Assembly: GCA_038727515.1 (NCBI GenBank)
Contig: JAVYVS010000001.1
Coordinates: forward strand, 544,001 to 608,000
Reading direction: 5' to 3'
Length of the DNA stretch: 64,000 bases
Origin: Candidatus Methanomethylicia archaeon
GTDB taxonomy: Archaea > Thermoproteota > Methanomethylicia > Culexarchaeales > Culexarchaeaceae
Under the pieces are notes generated by a model. The model saw nothing but the letters and a program-made list of their open reading frames with translations, searched no databases and had not been told where the DNA came from. This document shows, one piece after another, positions 30,391-41,808 of the stretch (its first letter is position 1; every line of letters begins with the position of its first letter). A program made the translations under genes and the position numbers.

Positions 30391-31759
30391 GTGGGTGATG
30401 GAAACGTCATCTGAAATATGTCCATTAGAATGGAGATATGGAAGTAAAGAAATGAGGAAACTCTTCAGTAGAGAAGAAATAATGAGGAGAAGATTAGAAG
30501 TAGAAGTTGCATTAACATATGGATTAGCAAAAGCTGGAATAATTGAAGAATGGATTCCAAAGAAGATTGAAGAATCAGCATCAAAAGTCACCATTGAAAG
30601 AATTGATGAATTGGAATTGAAACTTGGACATGATATAATGGCATTAGCAACAGCATTATCCGAAGTTTCAGGTGAAGCTGGAAAATATGTTCACTTAGGA
30701 GCTACAAGTTACGATATAGTGGATACTGCATGGAGCCTAATAATTAGAGATGCATTAAAAATAATTGAGAGAAAACTAGTAGAAATAATAAAGAAATTAA
30801 TAAAATATAGTCTTGAATATAAAGATACCCTAATGATTGGGAGAACTCATGGTCAACATGCACTACCAATAACATTAGGATTCAAATTTGCAAATTACGT
30901 ATATGAATTTTCTAGAAGTTTAGAGAGGATAATTGAAATGAAGAATAGATTAATTAAAGGTAAAATTTCAGGAGCTGTTGGAACAATGGCTTCTTGGAAG
31001 GATAAGGGAATAATAGTTGAAGAAGAAACTTTGAGAAGACTTAACCTCAAACCACATGAAATATCAACACAAATAGCTCCAAGAGATGGATTTGCAGAAT
31101 TAACTTCCAATATGGCTATACTTGGAAGTCAACTTGATAGATTAGCTATTGAAATAAGAGAACTAATGAGACCGGAAATAAGTGAACTTGCTGAAGGGGT
31201 AGGTAGAAGAGTTGGAAGTAGTACTATGCCTCAAAAGGCAAATCCAGTAACTTCAGAAAAGATATGTGGATTAGCTAAAGTTCTCAGATCACAAGTAATA
31301 ATTTCACTTGAAAACATCCCATTATGGCATGAGAGAGATTTAACAAATAGTAGTAGTGAAAGATTCCTAATATCACATACACTACTAACAATAGATGAAA
31401 TGCTTAATTCAATGATAGAAGTATTAGATAACTTGGTAATAAACAAAGAAAGGATGAGAAGTAATATTGGAATCACTAAAGGAACAGTAATGAGTGAAAA
31501 TGTAATGATTAAATTAGTGGAAAAGGGATTAGCTAGAACAGAAGCCCATGAAATCTTAAGAGATTTAACTAGAATAACCCAACAAAGTAATTTAAGCTTT
31601 AAAGAAGTACTTATCAAAGATGAAAGAATAAGAAAGTATTTGAGTATTGAAGAAATCGAAGAACTTTTAAAACCAGAAAACTACCTTGGTGAAATAAATA
31701 AGTTAATTACTAGAACAATAGAATATGCTGAAAAAATTATTGAGAAAATAGTCGATTAA
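30380..31759 (+). CDS. purB: Adenylosuccinate lyase
   Basis: [53 protein letters not shown]. Confidence 0.95.
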   Translation: MLSKWVMETSSEICPLEWRYGSKEMRKLFSREEIMRRRLEVEVALTYGLAKAGIIEEWIPKKIEESASKVTIERIDELELKLGHDIMALATALSEVSGEAGKYVHLGATSYDIVDTAWSLIIRDALKIIERKLVEIIKKLIKYSLEYKDTLMIGRTHGQHALPITLGFKFANYVYEFSRSLERIIEMKNRLIKGKISGAVGTMASWKDKGIIVEEETLRRLNLKPHEISTQIAPRDGFAELTSNMAILGSQLDRLAIEIRELMRPEISELAEGVGRRVGSSTMPQKANPVTSEKICGLAKVLRSQVIISLENIPLWHERDLTNSSSERFLISHTLLTIDEMLNSMIEVLDNLVINKERMRSNIGITKGTVMSENVMIKLVEKGLARTEAHEILRDLTRITQQSNLSFKEVLIKDERIRKYLSIEEIEELLKPENYLGEINKLITRTIEYAEKIIEKIVD

Positions 31760-32553
31760 AGAATTTCTTCAACAATATATTCATACATAGATTTAAATAT
31801 CCAAAAGCCATCACCATAAATATCATTAAATTTTTGTAATGTAAAATTGGGATATTGCCAGAAGTAAGTTGCACGCTCTGGATGAGGCATTAAACCCATA
31901 ACATTACCATCAACATTAAATATTCCAGCAATATCCATGTAAGAACCATTGGGATTAAATGGATAGAGACCATTAGCTGGAGAACCATTAGGTGTACAAT
32001 ATCTAAATGCTATAAGATTCCTTTCAACCAATAAATTCAATACATCATTAGATGCAATAAATTTACCTTCACTATGAGCCACAGGCATTCTAACAATCAT
32101 ATCCTCACTATAATACCTCATAAAAACATTGTTCTTACCAGATGGCTTAAGGAAAATCCATCTACACTCAAATTTACCAGAATCATTGGGGGCTAAAGCT
32201 AATTTCGGCGTGAAACCACTATTAAAACCGGGTAAAAGACCAATTTCAACTAAAACTTGAAATCCATTGCATATACCAAGTATAGGCTTTCCAGATTTAC
32301 AAAATGAAAGTAAATCATCAATTAATTTTGATCGAATCTTAGAAGCCCATATAGCTCCAGCTCTAACATAATCACCATATGAGAAACCTCCAGGAATTAT
32401 TAACCCATGAAATGAAGATAAATCTACACATTTATCAATCAACTTCTTAGTGTGAATTATTGAAGCACTCATACCACATTCTTCTACGGCTCTAGCTGTT
32501 TCAACATCACAATTAGTTCCAGCAACTCTAATAATTACTATTCTAGGCTTCAT
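31756..32553 (-). CDS. purQ: FGAM synthase glutaminase subunit
   Basis: GTNCD, PGGFSYGDY, LGICNGFQ, AHSEG, NPNGS, MPHPER; ATG 32553 overlaps purL stop. Confidence 0.95.
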   Translation of the reverse strand: MKPRIVIIRVAGTNCDVETARAVEECGMSASIIHTKKLIDKCVDLSSFHGLIIPGGFSYGDYVRAGAIWASKIRSKLIDDLLSFCKSGKPILGICNGFQVLVEIGLLPGFNSGFTPKLALAPNDSGKFECRWIFLKPSGKNNVFMRYYSEDMIVRMPVAHSEGKFIASNDVLNLLVERNLIAFRYCTPNGSPANGLYPFNPNGSYMDIAGIFNVDGNVMGLMPHPERATYFWQYPNFTLQKFNDIYGDGFWIFKSMYEYIVEEIL

Positions 32554-34928
32554 AACTTTAAACCACTCCTCCAACAATCCCTCAAAACATTCGTCTTTAA
32601 ATCAAAAAGAAGATTACCCTTCAAACCATATACAATAACATTAGATGAACTAGTAACTCTACCAATAATATTCCCATCACAACCCCACTCTCTAAGCAAT
32701 TTAATAAAGTCATCTTCAAAGGATTTATCAACTTCTAATATGAATCTACCATTACTCTCAGAAAAAAGCAGTATATCATCACGATAAACATTACTCCTTG
32801 GAACATTATTTAAATAAACTTCAACACCATAATCACTTGATAAAGCCATTTCAGCAATAGCTACACCCAATCCACCATCAGATATATCATGACAAGCTTT
32901 AACATAACCCATATCTATAGCATTAATTACAAAATCCATAATCCTCTTAGAATATTTCGCATTAACCTTTGGAACCGATGAACCTATGTAACCCATTAAA
33001 CGATAATATTGTGAAGCTCCAAGTTCTGGAAACGTTAAACCAACAATAAAAACTGGATCTCCAATACCCTTAAAATCTAATGTTACAGTTTTCCTAATAT
33101 CTGGAATTATCCCAATAGCAGTTATTAGAAGAGTTTCTAATACAGGTCCCATAGGGGACTCATTATATAAACTATCTTTACCAGATATAAATGGAGTATC
33201 AAATTCTACTGCAAAATCATAACAAGCTTTTGCAGCTCTAACTAAACTTCCAAGTCTATCAGGCTTTTCAGGATTTCCCCAAGTGAAATTATCGAGTATA
33301 GCAATTCTCCTACCACCAACACAAACATTATTTCTTAAAGCTTCCTCTAAACTTGATGCAGCCATCCAATAGGGGTCAATTCTACTATACCAAGGTTTAA
33401 TTCCAACAGAAACAACTATACCCCTATAAGATTCAGATATGGGTTTAAGAACTGCGGCATCACTTGGACCACCATAAAATCCATGTAAAGGTTTAATGAC
33501 AGTTGCTCCTTGAACTTCATGATCGTAAGTTCTAATGACTTCTTCTCTACTACAAATATTTGGTGATGATAAAAGTTTACATAAAACTTCACCATAATTC
33601 TCTGGTTCACTTAAAATAGGTTCTTCAAATTTTGGTGGTATCCATGAAGCTATACGTGTAATTTTTGGTGGATGTAATAGGAAGTTGGTTTCAACATGAC
33701 ATAATAAATAACCTTTATAGTAAACATCGATCCAAGGTTCATCAATTAATTCCCCAATGACTGAAGCTTTCAATTCTTCTTCAGAAGCAATTTCAAGGAC
33801 TTTATCAACAGAATTTTCAGGTACAATTAATAACATCCTTTCTTGAGATTCTGAAATCCAAATCTCCCAGGGTAGTAAATCTTCACGTAAATGTACACTA
33901 TCCAAGAAAACTCTAGCCCCACCATTAATTCTACCAGCCATCTCAGTAACTGCAACAGCTAAACCTCCACCACCAAGATCGGTTATTCCAGAAGCTAGAT
34001 TTTCATCTCTAATCCTAATTATAGCTCTTCTCAACTTTTCTTCTTCCACTGGATCTGGAATTTGTACAGCAGATCTAGCAATACGCTCAGAATCCTCCTT
34101 CAAATCACTACTAGCAAAAGAAGCGCCATGAATACCATCTCTACCAGTGGAATTACCCATTAAAACTATTTTATCTCTAGGTTTAGCTGAAAATCTATAT
34201 GTAGAAGTGGGTAGAATACCAATACAACCAGCATAAACAACAACATTACCAACATATCCCTCATCAAAACAGATAGCTCCAGCAACAGTTGGTATACCCA
34301 TATTATTACCATAAAAACCAATACCCTTAACAACACCTCTAAACAAATATTTAGGATGCTTCAAACCCTTAGGAATAGATTCATATGGATAATTTAAAGG
34401 TCCAAAGCATAGAACATCTATACAAGCTATTGGAGATGCCCATACCCCAAGGATATCTCTAATAACACCTCCAATACCAGTTGCAGCACCACCAAAGGGA
34501 TCTATAGCTGAAGGATGATTATGAGTTTCAACTTTAACAGCTATAGAATATTTATCATCAAATTCAATTATACCAGCATTATCCTTCAAAAAGGATACAA
34601 TCCACGGCTTATTACACTTCTCAGTAGCTTTAGCAATATAACTCTTCAAAATATCATCAACAATAACATTCCCATTATCATCAACAATAATTCCTCTAAA
34701 AACTTTATGTCTACAATGTTCAGACCAAAGTTGAGAAAAAGAGTATAATTCTAAATCAAAAACAGCTCTATTAAGCTTATTAACGAAATAATCTCTTATA
34801 GATTTAAGTTCATTAAAATTCAAATTTAATCTTAAATTATTTGATAGGGAATATAGATCATCATCAGTAAAATTGGATAAATAAAATCTATAGATATCTG
34901 GTGGTATAGTAATAACATCATACTTCAT
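32550..34928 (-). CDS. purL: FGAM synthase large subunit
   Basis: WSEHCRHK, KVETHNHPS, GRDGIHGA, DLGGGG, SESQERM, ISGKDSLYN, HDISDGG. Confidence 0.96.
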   Translation of the reverse strand: MKYDVITIPPDIYRFYLSNFTDDDLYSLSNNLRLNLNFNELKSIRDYFVNKLNRAVFDLELYSFSQLWSEHCRHKVFRGIIVDDNGNVIVDDILKSYIAKATEKCNKPWIVSFLKDNAGIIEFDDKYSIAVKVETHNHPSAIDPFGGAATGIGGVIRDILGVWASPIACIDVLCFGPLNYPYESIPKGLKHPKYLFRGVVKGIGFYGNNMGIPTVAGAICFDEGYVGNVVVYAGCIGILPTSTYRFSAKPRDKIVLMGNSTGRDGIHGASFASSDLKEDSERIARSAVQIPDPVEEEKLRRAIIRIRDENLASGITDLGGGGLAVAVTEMAGRINGGARVFLDSVHLREDLLPWEIWISESQERMLLIVPENSVDKVLEIASEEELKASVIGELIDEPWIDVYYKGYLLCHVETNFLLHPPKITRIASWIPPKFEEPILSEPENYGEVLCKLLSSPNICSREEVIRTYDHEVQGATVIKPLHGFYGGPSDAAVLKPISESYRGIVVSVGIKPWYSRIDPYWMAASSLEEALRNNVCVGGRRIAILDNFTWGNPEKPDRLGSLVRAAKACYDFAVEFDTPFISGKDSLYNESPMGPVLETLLITAIGIIPDIRKTVTLDFKGIGDPVFIVGLTFPELGASQYYRLMGYIGSSVPKVNAKYSKRIMDFVINAIDMGYVKACHDISDGGLGVAIAEMALSSDYGVEVYLNNVPRSNVYRDDILLFSESNGRFILEVDKSFEDDFIKLLREWGCDGNIIGRVTSSSNVIVYGLKGNLLFDLKTNVLRDCWRSGLKL

Positions 34929-35184
34929 GATTCAACACACTCACAAAAAACTTATCTTTAACTGGATTAGCTAAAAGTCTTTGACAAATCTCATTAACAA
35001 CACTTTTAGCTTCATCAATAGAATTAGCATAAACAGTAAAAGAATAAACTTTACCAACCCTAACCCCCATAACATTATAACCTAAATCCCTTAAAGCTTC
35101 TTCAACGGTTTTACCTTCAGCATCAACAAGTCCATCCTTCAACCAAACTTCAACTCTAAAATTGAATTTACCCATATAAAACAC
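34918..35184 (-). CDS. purS: FGAM synthase PurS subunit
   Basis: LKDGLVDAEGKTV, VRVGK, LLANPV. Confidence 0.93.
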   Translation of the reverse strand: MFYMGKFNFRVEVWLKDGLVDAEGKTVEEALRDLGYNVMGVRVGKVYSFTVYANSIDEAKSVVNEICQRLLANPVKDKFFVSVLNHEV

Positions 35185-35189
35185 CCCAA

Positions 35190-36671
35190 TTAAACTTCTT
35201 CAGTTATTCTACCTTTAATCTTAACCCCCTTAAGAGCTAATTCTAATGCTAAACGTGAAAGCTCCATAGCATATTTAGTGGGGTAATTCAAAGTTAAACA
35301 CCCTAAACATAAATTACTTGATGAAATAGCGGAAACAAAATCTTCTATAGTTTGATAATTAATTGTATCAGCACCAATAAACTTACATATCTCTTCATCA
35401 CTCCTACCAAAGGCAGCCAATTCTTGAAAGGTAGCCATATCAATACCATAGAAGCATGGACCAATAATCTTTGGAAAAGTTACGAAAATATGAATCTCAG
35501 AAACATCATGTTCACGTAATTCTGAAACCACAGTTTTAAGGGTGTCACCTCTAACAATACTATCATCAATCAATGCAATATTCTTACCCCTTAATTTATC
35601 AAAAAGAATATTATACTTACGATGCAAAATTATTGTTCTATCCTCTGGAGACAATATAAAGGCTCTATGTTTAACATATCTATCCCTAACAATCCATTGC
35701 TGCATTGGTTTCCCAGAAACTTCATGAAAACCATAAGCAGCATCTACAGCTGTTTGAGGAATTGGAACAATAACATCCACCCTTCTAGCAATATCATTAT
35801 ACCTAATTGCAAGTTTCCTACCCAACTCTTGCCTAACTTCACAAACATATTTACCATTAAACTTAGAATCAGGTCTAGCAAAATATGCAAATTCAAAGGA
35901 GCATAAATTTTCACGAGCACCTTCAAAGATCTTTTTAATAGATAATTTATTATTGGATAATGTGTAGAGAAATCCTGGTTCTACAACTTTAAAATCTCTT
36001 ATATTATTGGAGTTTAAAGCAGAACTTTCAGATGCCACCATAAACATATTACCATTTTTACTAAAACCATATACCAATGGTCTAATACCACATGGATCTC
36101 TAAAGAAGAATAATGTTCCATCACTAAGTAAACCAACAACTGAATAAGCTCCATCAACATCATTCATAATTCTTTTAACAGCATCTTCAATCTTATAACC
36201 CTCAATTAAATTATGCAACAAAATTAAAGCTAAAACTTCAGTATCAGAAGTACACTTAAAACTATAACCATAAGATAGTAACTTCTCTCGAAGTAATTTT
36301 ACATTAGTAATATTCCCATTATAAGCAATACATACCTTTAAATCTTCACCAACAATCAATGGCTGAATATCAGTAGACAATTTGAGTTTAGAAAGTTCAC
36401 CACTAGTTGCATATCTAACGTGTCCCAAACCAATATTACCAACGAGTTCTTTAAATAGAGAAGACAATTTATCAAGTGAAATATCAGAAATTAAACCAAG
36501 ATCTTTAAATACATGGAAAGAACCATCATATGTAACCATACCATAAGAGTGATGTCCCCTATGATTTAAAGATACAAGAGACCAATATAAGAAGTCTATA
36601 ACGTCACCGCCATCAAACCTATAAATAGCAGAAACACCGCAATTATGTGTTAAATTCTCCATAATACCCAC
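35190..36671 (-). CDS. purF: Amidophosphoribosyltransferase
   Basis: Propeptide then CG, LNHRG, GHVRYATSG, YNGN, SDTE, CSFEFAYFARPDS, DDSIVRGDT, CFYGID, CLGC. Confidence 0.95.
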   Translation of the reverse strand: MGIMENLTHNCGVSAIYRFDGGDVIDFLYWSLVSLNHRGHHSYGMVTYDGSFHVFKDLGLISDISLDKLSSLFKELVGNIGLGHVRYATSGELSKLKLSTDIQPLIVGEDLKVCIAYNGNITNVKLLREKLLSYGYSFKCTSDTEVLALILLHNLIEGYKIEDAVKRIMNDVDGAYSVVGLLSDGTLFFFRDPCGIRPLVYGFSKNGNMFMVASESSALNSNNIRDFKVVEPGFLYTLSNNKLSIKKIFEGARENLCSFEFAYFARPDSKFNGKYVCEVRQELGRKLAIRYNDIARRVDVIVPIPQTAVDAAYGFHEVSGKPMQQWIVRDRYVKHRAFILSPEDRTIILHRKYNILFDKLRGKNIALIDDSIVRGDTLKTVVSELREHDVSEIHIFVTFPKIIGPCFYGIDMATFQELAAFGRSDEEICKFIGADTINYQTIEDFVSAISSSNLCLGCLTLNYPTKYAMELSRLALELALKGVKIKGRITEEV

Positions 36672-37610
36672 TCACAAAAATTCATTTAAACTTTTTAATG
36701 GTAAATCATCAACATTACGTTTCAAAGCTAAAACTTCATATGCTCCTCTAACTCTCCATGCAATTTGCTTTATTAAATCCATAGGTAAATCTGGTGGAGT
36801 ACCATCACCCATAAAACCTTTAGCCATTAAATAAGCTCTTAAAAACTCTTTATCTAAACAATGTCCTTCTTGAGCTACACCAACACGATAATATTTCTTA
36901 ATCCAAATTCTAGCTGAATCATGTGTAGGAGCTTCATCAATTTGAATTAATTCACCCTTATATCTACCAAATTCAAATTTAACATCTGCAATTATCAATC
37001 CAACACTTTCAGCAACCTTACTATAATATGAGTAAAGCTTAAAAGATGCTTCTTCAAGTTCATTCCATTCTTCACGTGAAACCAAATCCATATCTATAGC
37101 TTCACGTTTACTAATTTCAATATCATGACCAAAATCAGACTTTGTAGTTGTTGAAAGTATTGGTTGAGGAAGCTTTTCAGCATAACTTAAACCATTAGGT
37201 AGTTCAACACCTGAAATTATACGTTTACCACTGGAATAAGCTCTCCAAGCTGAACCATATAGATAACTTCTAACAATCCATTCAATATTAATTCTCTCAG
37301 CTCTCACAACTTTAATCGACCTATCATCGACAACTTCAACAAGATGATTTGGAAAAATATTCTTAGTATTCTCAAACCAAAAAGAGGTAAGCTTATTCAA
37401 GTAAACACCTTTAAAGGGTATAAGCTCCTTCAAAACCACATCAAATGCAGAAATACGATCACTATGGAATAATATTAGATAATCCCCAAGTTCATATACA
37501 TCTCTAACTTTACCTCTCTTAAACAATGGGAAATTAAGATTTGAATATCTAATAGTTTCAACAAATCCATTTTTAGAAAATGGATCAGGATATCTTTCAA
37601 CAATATACAA
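36672..37610 (-). CDS. purC: SAICAR synthetase
   Basis: GKVRDVY, SDRISAFD, VRSYLYGS, ADVKFEFG, DE..T.DSAR.W, DKEFLR. Confidence 0.94.
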   Translation of the reverse strand: MYIVERYPDPFSKNGFVETIRYSNLNFPLFKRGKVRDVYELGDYLILFHSDRISAFDVVLKELIPFKGVYLNKLTSFWFENTKNIFPNHLVEVVDDRSIKVVRAERINIEWIVRSYLYGSAWRAYSSGKRIISGVELPNGLSYAEKLPQPILSTTTKSDFGHDIEISKREAIDMDLVSREEWNELEEASFKLYSYYSKVAESVGLIIADVKFEFGRYKGELIQIDEAPTHDSARIWIKKYYRVGVAQEGHCLDKEFLRAYLMAKGFMGDGTPPDLPMDLIKQIAWRVRGAYEVLALKRNVDDLPLKSLNEFL

Positions 37611-37623
37611 TCACGACACCTCA

Positions 37624-39036
37624 TTAAGTAACCAACATATCTAAAGCCTTCAAATTGATTGCACGCTTAATCTCCAATCCAATACGTTCACCAAGACTTA
37701 TACGCCTGTTATACCTAACATTGGAATACTGTCCACCTAATCCCATATGAACATTAGTTCCACCACCATGCCTTAAAGCAACATCTTGAGTAACAGGTAT
37801 ATGCATTGGAGCATCCCTAGTAATACTATCATATAAACCAAAACCAACACTTGCAACTTCGACATCAGGTTTTAAAGAAGGTTTAAAATCATATTCACTA
37901 GGTTTACCCCAAGTTATAATGGTTTGAAGACACCATGCACCTATAATTCCAGGTGGAACTTCATCCTTTAAACAAAGTAAAAATCTATTTGCACATCTTA
38001 AAACATCCTTTATTAAAGATTCTCTTACACTAACCATGACGTGAAGGGTAACTTCAAAAGATGGAAGAATTTTATTGCTTAACTTTTGCTGAACATCTAT
38101 TGGAAGTCTCTTAAGACCATCTAAAATGGTTTCTCTACGTTCATCAATGGATAAGAATTCATTAGCTAAACAAATTCTAGCTTCATCTAAACTTATATTG
38201 TAAATCTTAGAATAATACTCTTCAACACTCCCCCAACACTTAATAGAATTAATTGGTGAAAAGAAGAAATTGAAATTCGCATGTGGACCCAAAATCAATT
38301 CTTCAACTCTAGCAGCTTTGATAGAATCCTCATTAACATAACCATCTTCAAAAGCTTTTTCAACTTTAAGTTCAAGATCACTTGAATCAGCAGCAAAAAT
38401 AAATACCCTCTCAAAAATTCTATTTGGATGATAAGTTTTGAGAATTAAAGGTTTATCATAAGGCTCCTTAAACCTTATACCCCTACTATAAATTTCATAT
38501 AGAATAGGTTTTGGATGGGGAATACCAGCCTTCTCAAGATACCAATAATAATCTTTATCGATACCTCTATTTTCAATTTTAAGAAGCCTCCTAGAACCAA
38601 GAATAGGTATTGAAAAATCATTTTCAATAACACTACAATAATCATCTCCACCAACATAAACGGAAAAAGCTCTATTTGGAATTTGAATAGCTTCTAATTC
38701 AATTAGATCATCAACATGTTTCACAATATCAGAATACCTGTCTAAAATGAGGATAGCATACCTCCAATCACCCTTTAAATCGTGTAAATCTTCAACAACT
38801 AAAACATCCCTAGAAATAACTTGAGGTAAATCTTCAATAAACTCGTCAACTCTACCTGCAATAGCATTATGCAAATATATAATAGCTCTATCTCTAGTTG
38901 TATATATTATGCTTCTTAAATTATTACTCCTAGCACCACTCCAAGCATCCAAAGCTGAATGTGAACCTATAATCAACATACAAGGATTCTTATATCTTCG
39001 AGCAATTTCACGCATATCATCAATATCAATCAACAA
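37624..39036 (-). CDS. purP: PurP-family ATP-grasp ligase (DUF1246/DUF1297; AICAR formate ligase-like)
   Basis: IGSHSALD, IPNRAF.VYVG, GIPHP, EELILG, LSIDERRET, VRESL, PPGIIGAWCLQ, RHGGGTN; likely TTG start near 39033-39036 after GGTG. Confidence 0.82.
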   Translation of the reverse strand: MLIDIDDMREIARRYKNPCMLIIGSHSALDAWSGARSNNLRSIIYTTRDRAIIYLHNAIAGRVDEFIEDLPQVISRDVLVVEDLHDLKGDWRYAILILDRYSDIVKHVDDLIELEAIQIPNRAFSVYVGGDDYCSVIENDFSIPILGSRRLLKIENRGIDKDYYWYLEKAGIPHPKPILYEIYSRGIRFKEPYDKPLILKTYHPNRIFERVFIFAADSSDLELKVEKAFEDGYVNEDSIKAARVEELILGPHANFNFFFSPINSIKCWGSVEEYYSKIYNISLDEARICLANEFLSIDERRETILDGLKRLPIDVQQKLSNKILPSFEVTLHVMVSVRESLIKDVLRCANRFLLCLKDEVPPGIIGAWCLQTIITWGKPSEYDFKPSLKPDVEVASVGFGLYDSITRDAPMHIPVTQDVALRHGGGTNVHMGLGGQYSNVRYNRRISLGERIGLEIKRAINLKALDMLVT

Positions 39037-39177
39037 AAACACCTTTATGAAAAAGATATGTAAACATTTATTTATATTTTGCATTTCACAAAAATGTAAA
39101 ATTTAAACAACTGATTAAATGAAACAAAAATAACAACTATTAAAAAATGAATCATGTAAAGTATATCTCAGATATTT

Positions 39178-40554
39178 ATGAAGGTAAAGATAATAGCTAC
39201 ACTTGGACCATCAACAAAAGACATTGAAACCATAAGGGAAATGGTAATTAAAGGAGCTTCAGCCTTTAGAATAAACTTTAGCCATGGAAGCGAAGAAGAA
39301 TGGAGGAAATATGTAAAATATGTAAGAACTATTGAAAGGGAATTAAACGTAATAATAGGGATTGGGGGAGATTTAAAGGGTGGAAGCGTTAGGATAGGGG
39401 AATTACGTGAACCAATAAAGTTGAAAATGAACATGGAATTAATGATATTAAATAAACAAAAAGACTATGAAGGTAATATACCATTACCATACATAGAATT
39501 CTATGATATCATAGAGCCAGGAGATATAATCTTAATGGACGATGGGAAAATAATGTTGAAAGTAGAAGACGTAAAGGAGGATAAAGTAAAAGTAAGATCA
39601 TTAACACCTGGTGAAATAACTTCAAGGAAGGGAATAGTTGTAAGGGGGAAAGAATTTAATATACCAGCAATAACTGAAGAAGATTTAAAGAACATAAAAT
39701 TTGCAGTGGAAAACTCATTGGATTACATAGGCTTAAGTTATGTTAAAAGTGGAGAGGATGTGAAGAAATTAAAGAAGATACTTTATGAAGCTGGATGTGA
39801 AGAAACAGCAGTAATGTCAAAAATTGAATGCGTAAGTGCTGTTAAGAATTTGGAGGAAATAGTGAGAGAATCAGATATGATATTAGTGGCAAGAGGAGAT
39901 TTAGGTATGCAATTTCCATTAGAAAGAATACCAGTATTACAAAGAGAAATAATTGAAAAAACAAGATTAAAGGGTAAACCAGTAATTGTAGCAACACAAG
40001 TGTTAGCATCAATGATTGAAAATCCAACACCAACAAGAGCAGAAGTAACAGATGTAGCACATGCAATAATAGAGGGGGTGGATGCAATAATGTTAACTGG
40101 AGAAACAGCCATTGGAATATATCCAGTGGAAGCAGTAGAATGGCTTAAAAGTATAATAGAAGCAAATGAAGAAAAGATAAACATAGAGTTAAAACCCATA
40201 GATGATGATTTACAAAAAAGATTTGCACATAGTATAGTTGTACTTGCAGAATCTATAAACTCAAAATTAGCAGTATATACACAAAAGGGGAGAATGGCTG
40301 CAAGAATTGCTGCATATAGACCTAGAGTGCCAGTATATGCAGCATCAAATAACATTAGAACACTTAGAAAATTATCTATGATTTGGGGTTTAAAAACCAT
40401 AAAAGTTGATGCAGAAGGGTATATGGAGGGATTAGAGGCCACATATCAAGCATTAATGAGGGAGGGATATGTAAAGGATAATGAGACATTGGTCTTAACA
40501 TATGGGCTAATAGAAGAAGGAGAACATATAATAAAAATAAAGAGGAAGATTTAG
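39178..40554 (+). CDS. pyk: Pyruvate kinase
   Basis: KIIATLGP, RINFSHG, DLKG, SKIE, VARGDLG, ATQVLASM, PTRAEVTDV, MLTGETA. Confidence 0.96.
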   Translation: MKVKIIATLGPSTKDIETIREMVIKGASAFRINFSHGSEEEWRKYVKYVRTIERELNVIIGIGGDLKGGSVRIGELREPIKLKMNMELMILNKQKDYEGNIPLPYIEFYDIIEPGDIILMDDGKIMLKVEDVKEDKVKVRSLTPGEITSRKGIVVRGKEFNIPAITEEDLKNIKFAVENSLDYIGLSYVKSGEDVKKLKKILYEAGCEETAVMSKIECVSAVKNLEEIVRESDMILVARGDLGMQFPLERIPVLQREIIEKTRLKGKPVIVATQVLASMIENPTPTRAEVTDVAHAIIEGVDAIMLTGETAIGIYPVEAVEWLKSIIEANEEKINIELKPIDDDLQKRFAHSIVVLAESINSKLAVYTQKGRMAARIAAYRPRVPVYAASNNIRTLRKLSMIWGLKTIKVDAEGYMEGLEATYQALMREGYVKDNETLVLTYGLIEEGEHIIKIKRKI

Positions 40555-41759
40555 AAACCCGAGGTTAAGTATCTGTATGCTAATGCTGCATAAGCTGCAG
40601 AACCATATTTCAATGCAGATTCATCTATATCAAATCTAGGATTATGGTGGGGAGCCACTATACCCTTCTCAACATTTCTAGTTCCAAGTTCTAGAAATGC
40701 CCCTGGAATTCTCTCAAGATAATATGAGAAATCTTCACCACCCATACTAGGTTTAACTTCAACAACATTATTTGAACCAACAATTTCACATACAACACTC
40801 TTAGCCATCCTAGTAGCTAAAGGATGATTTATGGTTGGTGGAACACCATCAATTGTAGCAACAATACATTCAGCATTAAAAGCTTTAGCAGTATTCTCAG
40901 CAATCTCCTTAATACGCTTCTTCAATAAATCTCTAACTTCAAATGTTAAAGCCCTATATGTACCAATTATATTCGCTCTTTCAGGTATTATGTTAAATGC
41001 TGTTCCAGCATGTACAGAACATGCACTAACAACCCCAGATTCCAATGGATCGAGATTTCGACTAATAATAGTCTGTAAATTCAATATTATACTTGAAGCA
41101 ACTACAATTGGATCCACAGCTTTATGAGGGGAAGCACCATGACCACCAACACCTTTAACTTCAATTTCAAATCTACCAGTAGAAGCAAGTATAGGTCCCT
41201 CCTTCAATCCAATTTTACCAACATCTAAATCATTCCAAACATGAAAACCAAATATAGCTTCAACATCAGGATCTTTTAAAACACCTTCCTCCACCATCTT
41301 CAAAGCTCCACTCTTACCACCACCCATCTCTTCAGCTGGTTGGAAAATTAATTTCACAGAACCATTAAGTTTATCCTTCATTTCAGATAAAATTCTAGCG
41401 GCTGTAAGAAGCATGGCGACATGAGCATCATGACCACAAGCATGCATAACCCCTGGAATCTTAGACTTATATGGAACATCATTCTCTTCTTGAATTGGGA
41501 GGGCATCCATATCAGCCCTTAAAGCTACAACTCTACCCTCACCACATTTTAAAATACCAACAACACCAGTTTCAGCAACACCGGTTTGAACACTATAACC
41601 CCATTTACTAAGCATATCTGCAACAAGTTTTGCAGTTCTCTTCTCTTGAAAACCAAGTTCAGGATACATATGTATTTCACGTCTAAAACCTATGGTTTCA
41701 TTCTCTAATTCAATAGCTCTACTCAATATCCATCCATACACATTCATATCAAATACCAA
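40551..41759 (-). CDS. M20D amidohydrolase / carboxypeptidase
   Basis: HMYPELGFQE, LRADMDALP, MHACGHD, FQPAEE, GGHG, MGGEDF, HHNPRF. Confidence 0.92.
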   Translation of the reverse strand: MVFDMNVYGWILSRAIELENETIGFRREIHMYPELGFQEKRTAKLVADMLSKWGYSVQTGVAETGVVGILKCGEGRVVALRADMDALPIQEENDVPYKSKIPGVMHACGHDAHVAMLLTAARILSEMKDKLNGSVKLIFQPAEEMGGGKSGALKMVEEGVLKDPDVEAIFGFHVWNDLDVGKIGLKEGPILASTGRFEIEVKGVGGHGASPHKAVDPIVVASSIILNLQTIISRNLDPLESGVVSACSVHAGTAFNIIPERANIIGTYRALTFEVRDLLKKRIKEIAENTAKAFNAECIVATIDGVPPTINHPLATRMAKSVVCEIVGSNNVVEVKPSMGGEDFSYYLERIPGAFLELGTRNVEKGIVAPHHNPRFDIDESALKYGSAAYAALAYRYLTSGF

Positions 41760-41808
41760 AATAAAATGAAGTACCTCAAATAATAAAATTATCGAAAAAT
41801 ATCATAAG

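Noticed and set aside
39037-39084. N-terminal extension of purP in the track
   Set aside because: It covers AT-rich promoter/RBS sequence; GGTG followed by TTG near 39033-39036 is the more plausible start
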